Source: Lepidodermella squamata
Taxonomy: Eukaryota; Animalia; Gastrotricha
Length of the DNA: 46,413 nucleotides
Direction of reading: 5' to 3'
Assembly (NCBI GenBank): GCA_047495785.1
Contig: JBLDXI010000112.1
Coordinates: 1-46,413, forward strand
Part shown: positions 35,681 through 46,413 of the stretch, in pieces
Position numbering within the stretch: position 1 is the first letter of the stretch
Layout of the letters: the number at the start of each line of letters is the position of its first letter
Made by a program: the position numbers and the translations under genes
Notes under the pieces: model-generated
What the model was told of the DNA's origin: nothing
Seen by the model: the letters and a program-made list of their open reading frames with translations, nothing else
Database searches by the model: none

Positions 35681-36546
35681 ATGGCTTCAGACATTTTATA
35701 CGGCGCTGTTGTCTACAATCGACAAATTTTATGCAGCCACCAAGTCGGCCCTGGCTCCTACGAATCCGTCTTCAAGAGCGTTCTACCACAAGTTCAAACT
35801 AGCCGTAGTGGAGAGAAAACCGCATTTAATGTCGACGGGTAATTCAAGCGTATTTTTTCCCTGAAAATGTATTAACTTCGGATAATTCTAGGGGCCTGAC
35901 TGTTTTCGTCCTAATTGATCGCGGCGTTGCATTCGCCGTGATGGCGCCGACAAGTTTTGGAAAGCAGCGCTCTTTCAACTGCCTCGAAGCGCTGAAACGC
36001 AATTTCGAAACCGCCGATTTGTTCAGCCGTGTTGTCGACGCAGGCGCCGGCGGCCTCTCATGGTCGTTCGGTTCGACGCTGCAAATGCAGATGGAGAAGC
36101 ATTCAAAGGCCGATCCTAGCCAGCAGGTGCGCGATATGCAGGCGAAAGTCGACGAGGTCAAGGACGTCATGGTGCAAAACGTCAAAAAAGTGATGGACCG
36201 CGGCGAGAAGCTGGACGACCTTATGGACCGGGCAGAGGAACTCGAAGTTAAGGCTGATCAGTTCCGAAACACTACAAAAGAAGTTCGTAAAAAGTTTTGG
36301 TGGGAAAACATGCGAATGAAACTAATCATCGGAGGAAGGTAAAACTTTGCTGAAAATCTCCTTTAATTATGATAAAATGACGTGCTGATTGTTTTCAGTC
36401 TTTTCATCATCGTTCTCGTCATTGTGCTTATCATTTTGGGTACGACTGGTGTATTCGACAGCGGATCATCGGAAACAAAAACGACAACCCATGCTCCGCC
36501 AACACAGGCTCCTACTACTGCTGCTATTCCAGCTAATCGTGGATGA
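35681..36546 (+). CDS. VAMP7: VAMP7-like longin R-SNARE, 3 exons
   Basis: Exons 35681-35838, 35892-36338, 36399-36546; longin-like N-terminus, synaptobrevin motif VDEVKDVMVQNVKKVMDRGEKLDDL...WWENMR, TM helix. Confidence 0.85.
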
Positions 36547-38766
36547 GCGAGTTGAAAGCAACCAATCAACAAGTTTTCCTTACCCTGTACTCGGAATATC
36601 TATGTGTTCATTGTTACTATACATTATTACAACGAATTTTTTGCTGATGAAAATTCCCGCGCAAAATTATGAACTGCTGATGCTTGCTAATGCTTGACCG
36701 CCAATTTATAAAATTTTTGTAAAAAAATCTTCCAGAATCGCAATCTATTGCAGGGTCAACTTCGATTGTTCTCTTTTTATTCTTGGGCTTCCTTAACGTT
36801 ATTTTATCCTAAAACTTCCAGTCAAATCCTTTTATATCTCGAGCCATGACTGAAAACGTATTATTTTAAGGTGGCGAGTTTATGAGCCAAGATTATGGTG
36901 ATATTATATTAATTGAAAACGAAAAGCTGTGTCAAATGCCTATTTATTCGAGATCGCGCAATATAAAAATTTTATATGAAGTTTTTCTAAAAATCGATGA
37001 TTTCAGATATTTCGGTTGTTTGTTGAATCGAGTCTGCGAAAGCGTGCATTGTGCTAATCGTGTTTAATCTGCACGTTGTTTGAAAAATTTACTGCTGAAA
37101 CTTGATTATCATCTGCACACGTTATTCACTCTTCAAACTGCTGCTGTTTGTTTTCTTGTGGAAACGAAAAACGAAGAGAGATGCAATTATGATGGTATAA
37201 TTATTAACACTTGTACCTATTAATCTGTTCGACTGGCGGATGTAACGATTTCATTACGACGCAAATGGAGTTGATCGTACAATAAAAGAAAGGTCTTATT
37301 GCGTTTGTCTTATTTTGCCGAAAACGCCAATGGAACGCCAATGATCGATCCAGTCTTGATGGGACGAACATTGGGGATGACATTGCTTCTTTTGCCGAGA
37401 GCTACCTATTATAGCAGGTTGTTTCGGGCGCCAATGCCTCGCTTTGATGGGCTGGTAGCCAGCCGTAGTCGGATGTTTGGTCTCCTAATTAGCGGGAGGT
37501 TATGAAAGCGATTGAAAAATCCTGACAATACCTTTGTAAGAGAACTTTTCTTCCCGGGAATACCAGCGCATGAATTTTCGAGCAAACTAGAAACTTGAAA
37601 TCGTAACAACCTCATATTTCAGAAAATAATCATTAAGCAGGAATACCTACCCGCGATTAAAAATAGTAATAATCCTGAAATTCTAAACAGAAACATATCG
37701 AGCATCGGAATACAATTGCCTTAACAAGAACTTTACAGTTTCAGTATATAACTGATGATCTGATATTTCATCCCTAGCCCGTCTAGCCGGTGTTTACAGT
37801 CCCGATCTCCGATCTTAATCAAACACAAAATAATTACAGGTAGTAAATACACAACATTTATTCCTCAACAACGCTTCAAAAAATGAGTCTATAAACGCGC
37901 ATGCTAGATCGCACAAATGTCAATCTACAGCAGTTTTCCTGGATTTAATACGATGATTATTTAATCACGCCATTTATTGGATTGAGCACGGGCTTTAAAA
38001 TTTCGCCGGGCTAGCAGTTGCTTTTGTTTTTGGCGTTGGATGGCACGTTCGAAAGCCGGGCCGAGGGTCCCCAGAGTCCTTGCAAGAATGTGATATGCCA
38101 AGGGAAACATTGTTGCGTAATTATTGAGAAAGAGTTTTTTCCGCAAAGCTTAATTTTGAGCATCCAATTTTGATGACTCATGATCGTTCGCACGCACAAA
38201 GTAAAGATTATAAAGGGTAAATTAACTTTGAAAATGTGTACCAATTAAAATATGGGGGTTCTAGATCTAAATCAGCTGTCAAAATGATCGTCTCGACCTG
38301 ATGAATAACTTGGCTTCGAAAAGTCGTTCAGGTGTGGACCGCCTCAAAGGGTCAGGGTCGAAAAGGAACACCGACTACTCTGTCGCCTATCGACCACTTC
38401 TAAGATAGCAACCTTGGGAAATTCGGTATACAAAAATCGGCCGTCTCTCAGTTAAGCGATGATCCAAAGCCTGTTAATTATTACTACAGTTTTTTACGAC
38501 ACGACAATCACCTGCCATATATAGGTATAGCCCCCATGGCTTTGCATGTTTTTGACTGGGAGTGAGCACTCTATAGGTTGTCCGAACAAACTAGATCGCC
38601 TAATCCTCCAACAGCCTATTGACATAGGACCCCGAAAAACCATGGGCGCGAAATTTAGCTTTCATTCTGGCTTGTATTGCGTTATTCAAAACGCCATTTT
38701 AAAAGCGGTTGCAACAGTAAAAGAGCTCAACTCCCAAAGCCTCGCACCAACAATTTATCGTCGGTT

Positions 38767-39940
38767 ATGAGAAGTATTGTCTTCTGCATCGCGATCTTCG
38801 CCACTTCAAGTTGCCAAGGCGATCGCAAGCGCAGTTATGTCGTCATCTTCGGCCAAACTGGGACTGGCAAAAGCTACATCGCTAATCGGCTTGCTGCCGC
38901 GAAAATTCCCTATCTTGAAGGTGCAAGCGATCGATCTGTTACGAAACAAGCCACGATAGCTGAAGCTTGGGATCATCTAGGAAAGCTAATCGAGTTTCCA
39001 GGGTATCACTTGAAAGTTTGCCATATTCCCCTTTAATGCATCAAGAATCGGCAAAACCCATATAGGTACTTCGACACGGAGAATCAAGATCGAATAAACC
39101 AAGCTAAATTTGTCGACTTTCTCAAAGATCAAAGTATTCGAGCGTTGCTATTTGTTTTCACTCGTCGCGTCGACAAGTTTATGCAGCAGGCGTTAGCGGC
39201 GTTCAACGCCAGCCAACTGGCCCCTAACATCATTCTCGTGAAAAACAAAGTTCTGAACCGCCAAGCGCCGGATGCTGAAATGTTTGAAGGATTTCAAAAG
39301 ATCAACGTCAAACTGTATCAGCAAAACTTGCGTGTATTGAAGGCTTCAATTCAAAAACTGTTGCCTGTCAAATTGACGCGTCTTCTCACGCCGCTCTCTC
39401 TGTTCAAGCAGCCTCTTCACGTGGTTCGACTTTTCTTCATTATTTTCTATTTTTTCAATAATAATTATATTCTTGAGGTTCGGGAAGACATAGTCGAAAA
39501 TTTCGTTACTCATATTTCCCGACTGAAGGTCGAATCTGTTAGCCGCGCAGTGCCCAGTACTAATTGTATTATTTGATCCCAGCTTTCACTCTAATTCTAA
39601 TATTTCTGTGTTCCATTTTCGCCGCAAATACATATCTGTAGGTACACGACGATCGAAGCGACAGGTGATTGGTACCGTAATCCTCGCAGTTGGAACTGCT
39701 GCGAAAATGGCTGATGTTCTAATGCAGAAGGAGAAATCTTGCTCGACAACGTGGCAAACGATTACGGCTGACGAAAAGGTTCCAAAGCAGTACCAACTGT
39801 TCGAAGTTGTTCGATACACCTACGCGATGCGCTTTGATGACGTGGCTGACATTTACGCAAGGACGCACATTCGTTACAAGGAAGTTGAGGTTCCACCAGG
39901 CAATCATTCCTCCAGGGTTAATGCGACGAGTTCCAATTAG
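38767..39940 (+). CDS. Signal-peptide AIG1/GIMAP-like P-loop GTPase, paralog 1
   Basis: Introns 39003-39065, probably ~39424-39477, and 39566-39641; GQTGTGKS, SVT, IEFPGYFDT, ILVKNK; hydrophobic N-terminus. Confidence 0.75.
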
Positions 39941-40063
39941 TACAGCCAAATCAATGCAAATTATTTCAAGTTCTTTACCATTTTATGTGGAAATACCAAG
40001 CTATCAAAATACCATATGAATAATGCATTAAAGTTTATATTTTTATTATTGTTTAGGTTTGCG

Positions 40064-41042
40064 ATGAATATTTATTTCGTGTTGACATGGTCTATTTTAA
40101 CTGCCGACGTCGTTTATTGCAACGAAGCTACCAATACCAGCGGTCATATAATTTTGTACGGACAAACTGGAACGGGAAAAAGTTACATCGCCAACCGCTT
40201 GGCTGCCCCTGATCAACTTGCAATTTTGGAGGGCAGTGGTGACTATTCGGTTACGGTCGATATCACGACTCGAATCGCTTGGAATAACGTCGATTTTGTC
40301 GTCGAAATTCCTGGTTACCTCGACAGCGAAGGTCGTGACCGCGAAAACCACGCCAAGTTTTTCGATTTCATCAAGGGCAGACCCATACGCGCTCTACTTT
40401 TCGTCTACACTGATCGAGCCGACGCGTTTATGCAACAAGTGGTGGAAGACTTTAAAGTCAACAATGCTGAGCTTGGCAAGCGCATCGTTTTTGTGAAAAA
40501 TATCGCAACGGAGGTTAACAAAACCTGCGTTGAACTTCAGGCTAATGGTTTGTGGAAGGTCACGTTGCCGCCATATCAACTTGATATGGCTAGTCTGAAA
40601 TCAATCATTTCAAATTCGATGAGCGCCGGGAAGATAGTGGAAAACATCGTCGTTCCGGCCCAACTTTTTCGAGAGCCTCTCGAAGTAGCCTTCGAAAAGA
40701 CTGCGGAGCATTTCGTGGAGCAGAGAATGATACCTGTGAAACAAACGAGATCTCGCGCTGTCTCGGATCGACACTGCCAGAAGAAATGCACGTTTTTTTT
40801 TATCTCATATACTCTTAGCGATATGTCTTATTCACTTTTGTTCTTGTCAATAAGGTAAATTTCTAACGTGGTGTATTGAAGCAAACTGTTGGTCGAGCAG
40901 TAAGAACGTGGAAGAAAGTCACTGGGTACCACAGCCACATCGTATCATGGCGGTTGTACGTTACACGTACGCTGTAAGATTCGACGGTGTCCCAGATTTG
41001 TACAAAAAAACAACTGAAGGTTTCAAGCATGTTTCAATATAG
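40064..41042 (+). CDS. Signal-peptide AIG1/GIMAP-like P-loop GTPase, paralog 2
   Basis: GQTGTGKSYIANRL identical to paralog 1, VEIPGYLDS; last exon 40855-41042 has VVRYTYAVRFDGVPDLY matching paralog 1. Confidence 0.75.
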
Positions 41043-42021
41043 CAGTCGCGGATCATCAACTATTTTTCGTTTAAAGAGGCTGAATTAAATTAATTAAATT
41101 AACTAGAATAAAGAGATGCTTTCGGACTTCAGATCTTATGAAAAATTCTTACTAGTAATTCATTAGACTTATCAGTTGAAGAATTTCTCGAACCAACTCT
41201 ATCGGTTATCACAGCTGAAAAGGTTCGAGTTTTCCTTGGTGACGTCTATTAGGTCTAAACTTCGTCTTCTTTTGGTCATCGATTCAACAAGCTGCGAAAA
41301 TTTGAAATCGAATAGCCGCGGTTCGTAGAAATTAGACCGAGTAAATTGAGACTTTTCCCTGCTCAGATTTTGAATGACTGATATAATATTTGAATAGCTT
41401 TTTGAGCGACGCTTTGAGCTTCGCGTCGGTCGTTTAGCAACTCTTTCTGAGTTTGGTGAATGCAAGCTTGAATGCGAAGTCGCCTAGACGATATGGATAT
41501 CATTCAGTGAGCGCTGTTTTGAATCGCGGCATCTTGAACGACCGCACCCGCATAGGCTGAAAATCAAGCTCTGGTTTGCTATACTAAATTGCTCATCGGA
41601 TTGATGATGCTTCAACATCACATGCCACTGAATATAGTATTAGCGGCCTTCATAATTCTTGGATGTACAACCTGGTTGACCGCTGCGTTACTAAAACTTG
41701 ACGAACGTAAACATTTTCTCGACATCGTCAACAACTATTCAATGTTGCCAATGTTTTACTACCAGCTTGCAAGAAAACCGAAGAATGCGGGCAAAACACA
41801 ACTTGCTGGTATTATGATTTGACAGAACCGTGCCAGATGGGCACTTGTCAATGCAAAGTAACGTGGTTTCAGGCCAAAATTCATTTATATTACAATCATT
41901 TCCTTGAAAATGACAGGCTCAATACTATCGGACATCTGGAAACAGTTTCCATTGCTCGCCAAGTAAACTTGAGCAGGATTCGCTAAATTTATTGACCATG
42001 CTACCCTATTAATATAAACAG

Positions 42022-43157
42022 AAATATATCGGCCGCTAAACGCGGTTTGCTCAGCCGGCGAACTCGAATCTTACCCTCGCGGCGCCTACTGCTACGCCGG
42101 CTCAGTCCGATGCAAGCCACAATACGAGGTTAGTTGTCCAATTCCAATCAACATCATCTAGATTGCTTCCTTATGAAATTTACAGAGGCGGAACAACACC
42201 TGTGTCCTGTCAACGAAAGCGCAGTCCGAATACGGCGCCGCATGTTTGACCGATAATGATTGCAACCCCGAAATTGGTAAGAATAAGATTGCCAAAACAC
42301 AATAACCGAAATCTGCGGCGCTTGTCTTCAGGACTCTTCTGCAACTTGGTTTGGCAGTCATGCACTTGCTTTTCGAGCTACGTTTGGAGCGGCAGCGGAT
42401 GTGAGGAAGCTTATTACGGAATCTCGTGTGATACAGACGACAATTGCCAAATGGGAGGTAAAAGCGGCCTGGTATTGACTCATCTTAGCATGTTTTTGTG
42501 AAATCGCATTTCCAGGTACGTATGCGCCATCCGGAGCCGGCAATGGTGGCATCTGCTTGGCCGAAGACCACACTTGCGCATGCGATCGCGGCTTTTCTGC
42601 GTTGAACTTCACCCAGTACTACCGCGACGAAACAGGCGACTCGGACTCAATGATCCGCAACACGTGGACCATTTGCGTTGCAGCGAACGCGAACACCATC
42701 AAGCAACGCGAGGGCGCCCGTTGTACTGTACCTGAATGGACGACTTCGACGCCGACTGTCGGCCAAAGCTACTGCACTGCTGTGAGTGGGGAGCTTTAAG
42801 ATTCGATTTCCAGTTATAATGATGTGTTATTAGGGTCTGGCCTGCATTGTTTGCCCTGAGGTGCTACTAAACTACACGGCACGGGTGCTTCAGCAGCAAA
42901 GGTCCGTCAACACCCAGCAAGTACAGACGACCCTTCGAAACCCGTGGACGACGCAGGAACAATTATACGGCATTTGCAGTATGAAATTATTTTCCTTTTA
43001 TGAGCTTCGGCTTGTCTTACCAAACTGTATTCAAATTTTAACAGAAAGCGCGTCGCCGAGTACGATTCGCCATAATTTTGCCGCTGCTGCCGTTCTCACG
43101 ACGTGCTACATTGTTGCATACATCGTGAAAATGCTAACTGTGCTGGTGGGTGTTTGA
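42022..43157 (+). CDS. Multi-exon Cys-rich (EB/EGF-like module) cell-surface protein; start uncertain
   Basis: Spliced exons give YGAACLTDNDC...GLFC...CTC, YGISCDTDDNC...C...CAC; hydrophobic C-terminus (TM or GPI signal). Confidence 0.6.
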
Positions 43158-43537
43158 TCTGTTCCCTGTATTTTTTCGATTAGAGAACCACTGATACCGT
43201 TGAAATTTGATAACGTATATTTTCGGAATCTCCCGTCCTAAGGTTGAAATGAAACGGCTCTCTTCATGGTCTGGCTTCATCATAACACCATTTAGGTACT
43301 TCAAAAGGAATCCATGTTGAGTTCGCGGTTCATTTCGTCTTATGATTCGGTACAAGTAAATTGTATATAAACAATTCGTATGTTTTTATATAAAAAAGCG
43401 AAAGTAAAGCCTCCGAAAAATTAGAAATCTTCATTATTTCATAATATATTGATTGCGAATAAAATCGAGTATGCAGTTCAGAATTTGGGCATCATATCCG
43501 CAGCTTCATACTGTATTAGATCTTTTTGTATTTATTA

Positions 43538-46413
43538 TCACACCGTACTCGTGCGTAGACGTAAGAGAGCCGCAAGTTCTGGATCATCCGCTCCAACAGC
43601 CGGGCTTTCTACATCGCTCGTGGTCGCTGACATATTCTGTCCCGACTGACTCTGAAGCGGATGCGATGGTTCGTTCGAGCGGCCGTTGGCAACTTTGACT
43701 TTGGCGCGCGCCGCCGCATTTTTTACCCGTGACTTGGCGGGGTTGAGCAACTCCTCGCGCCGCAGTTCAATGAATACGTCAACGGCAGATCGCAGTTCAT
43801 CGCCAAGACCGGTGGTTAAGGCTTCGACGAGACGCGCGGCCTCTTCCGGGTCAATACCAGAAGCTGATGCTAGCCTCAGGGCGTTTCGAGTGAGATCAGA
43901 TAGAGCTGAGCGCTCAGGCGATCTGCGTTCGTCAGCCTCATGCAACTGCTCGCCCAGATCTTTGAACACCTGCTCGAGCACCGCCGAGTCGACGATACTT
44001 CTTCTCTCCTCGTCAGCGCTCATGTCGCCTTCTGGGGACATTTCGGCATCTCTGCGCTTTTGCTGCGCAGCTTCGATCGCTGCTGCGAAGATGCCGACGT
44101 TTTCACCGACGGTCGTCAGCAGACGAGGCCGAGTTTTGTGGCGGAAACTCGTGGAGGCCGACTGGCTGCGGTCGACTATTCGGCGAGGTCGAAACAACGA
44201 ATCCTTGCCTGCCAGCACACCGATCTGGCCGGCGTCGAAACTCGCACGCTCGCGCAAGATGTATTCGGTTGAAACTAGGGAAATCGCGTCATCCCGATCA
44301 GCGCCGATTTGATGCTGTAGCCGTTCGACTAATTCTGGGCATGTTTCCTGGACGAGGGCCTCAATCTGCTCGACCTTACCCTCGAGTTCGGCCTCGATCT
44401 TCTCCGGGTCGATTTCTGTTTTCGTGTGCGAGTCTTCCAACTGGCGCATCAAAACGGCAACTACGACGTTGATGAGCACAAATTGCGCGACGAGGACGAA
44501 AGATACAAAGTAAAACGGCGACAGAATTTGAACTAGGAAGCAGCCGCCAGGCTCTGTGGCGCAGTGCGATTCGGGATCGTGAATCAGGCGCAGCGTGTCT
44601 TTGAGAATTCCGTTCCAGTTATCGCCGGTTGAAATGCGAAAGAGTGTTAACAGAGCGATGCCGAAGTTATGAAAGTTGGCGTGCCTTGACAAACCCTCGC
44701 AGATTTTGTATGTGCAATCGAACTTGCCGAACAGCTCGACGCCTAACGAGGCGTAGATGAAAAACAGTAGCATAAACAGCAGCGACAGGTTTCCGACCTA
44801 AAATATGAATTTGAGTAAAATTATTATCACAACAATTTAATATGAATTCAGCTATAACCTGGGGCAGAGCCTCTGACACGGTATCAAGCAGTTCGCGAAT
44901 GCCTTTGGCCATTTTAAGCAGCTTGAAAACACGCGCGATGCGGAAGACGCGAGCTACGCGTACAATTGTCGGGTTGATCGGAATGAATTTGTTGTCGAGA
45001 TCTTCGAGGAAAATGCCGACAAGCGACAGCACGACGATGGCTATGTCGAGCTGGTTCCACCGCTCGCGAAAATACCGCCGAGGTCCAAATGCAATAAGTT
45101 TAGTGACCGCTTCGAAGATGAACACACCGGTAAAGATGTAGTTTAAAATTTTGACTGCAAGAAGGAACTTTTTCGGCATTAGGTGGAATTCGGTCGCCAT
45201 AACCAAAACATTAATGCCAATGATGCCAGCCACCGCCAAGTCGAAATACTTGTGGGTGCAGAAGCGATGGAAGCACCTGCGCCAAGCTGGATACGCTCGC
45301 CAGTAATACGCATCGTCGTTCGTCCCCATAACTAGACGAAAACGTTCAACGTTCAATTAATTGTTCTCATTGATTGGAAAAAACAGAAGAATACACAGCA
45401 GTAACAACAAGGACATCAAGCAAAAAGCAAGGCAGTGATGAAAAGCCGGAAATGTCTTTGTCGGCAGTGCATGCCCTCTAGAACAGTCGTAACACATGCA
45501 GGATGGAGTAGGGGAACTGAGTTGCCAAGAAGCAACTCGGTTATTTTTATTACATTGAACTACTACGGTTTGTTGAATCTAATTCACACCATCAAACGCC
45601 TTGTTATAGGTAATTTTTCAATTCCCAAAACTCCACAAAGGGTGGTTGATACATATAGATGTTGCTACAAACCGAATTCATAAACTACACCCATCATGAG
45701 GTGCATGGATTGAAGGCGACCTGGCGGACGTGACAAATTCAGAGTGAAAAATAAAGAATGGCAAAGCGTGACAAGATTGTCGAGCCTTTTAGTCATATAC
45801 CAAAGCACATCAATTTATTTAAGCGGGTTCAAAGAATCATTCGGCGACATTGACAGAACGCGGCTGCATAGTCCTCGAAGCATATTAAAAGCGGGGTAAG
45901 CAAAACCTCTGGAACTTTTCGCGACAAAATGGCGAGGAAATTTACTAACTTAATCATACCCTGCTGGAAATTGGAAACCGATGTTAAATACTCATGTGAA
46001 GCAAACTTAATCATGTTGCGAACAAGTCCCGAAAAGTTCCGAGGTGATACATCATCATACGTGAAAACGCGTGCTCGCAATGTGACCTACTGAATACAGT
46101 GGCTTTTCTGCGCTGTGTGAAGCGACTCGGCACTGCACCTTTGCCCCTCGGCAACCCACCGCCTCGAGGCGATGACGGGGGCGCCGCATCGCCAGTCGCA
46201 TGCGCATCAACCGCAACCCCACTCTCGGACGGCGTCGCAACGCTGCTCGTCACCTGTGAGTGGTGTTCGGGGTGATTGTTGAGGATGACGGAGCAGCGCG
46301 ACGACGACGCGGAGCAGGCTGAGTCGAGGCGCATGCGGATGGGCTCACTGTCGACGCGGTTGACCGGCAGTGTAACGCGCACGTGTTGGCGTGAGCTTGC
46401 GCAGCTATCGAGG
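43538..46413 (-). CDS. T-type voltage-gated calcium channel alpha1 (Cav3 family): III-IV linker, domain IV and C-terminus; 5' part is outside the window
   Basis: Exons ..-46091, 45331-44859, 44797-43538; [16 protein letters not shown]4 [16 protein letters not shown], pore [33 protein letters not shown]. Confidence 0.95.

Noticed and set aside
43686-45141. Plus-strand ORFs (208, 110 and 99 aa)
   Set aside because: Antisense shadows of the GC-rich Cav3 exons.

Overview
Eukaryotic (metazoan-like, ~50-65 bp introns) genomic window. 1-~11.6 kb is part of an apparently intact Polinton/Maverick (adintovirus-like) endogenous virus: probable capsid N-terminus, small basic protein, minor capsid, PZ, A32-like packaging ATPase, a PLA2-integrase-chromodomain fusion, an AT-hook protein and a protein-primed PolB. 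Directly after polB is a 2.15 kb modular array of 24 near-invariant hairpin cores (each carrying TGAGTCA/TGAATCA) separated by three interchangeable linkers; one linker carries a tRNA-like Pol III A/B-box cassette pointing into the array. Further along are a spliced DUF3102-like gene convergent with a decayed MULE transposase, a PHD relic, and a Crypton-like tyrosine recombinase joined to a Helitron fragment. Host genes are MRPL27, P4HA, UQCRC2, a VAMP7-like SNARE, two tandem signal-peptide AIG1/GIMAP-like GTPases, a Cys-rich surface protein and the 3' part of a Cav3 channel. All calls are from motif recognition by eye; no searches were run.
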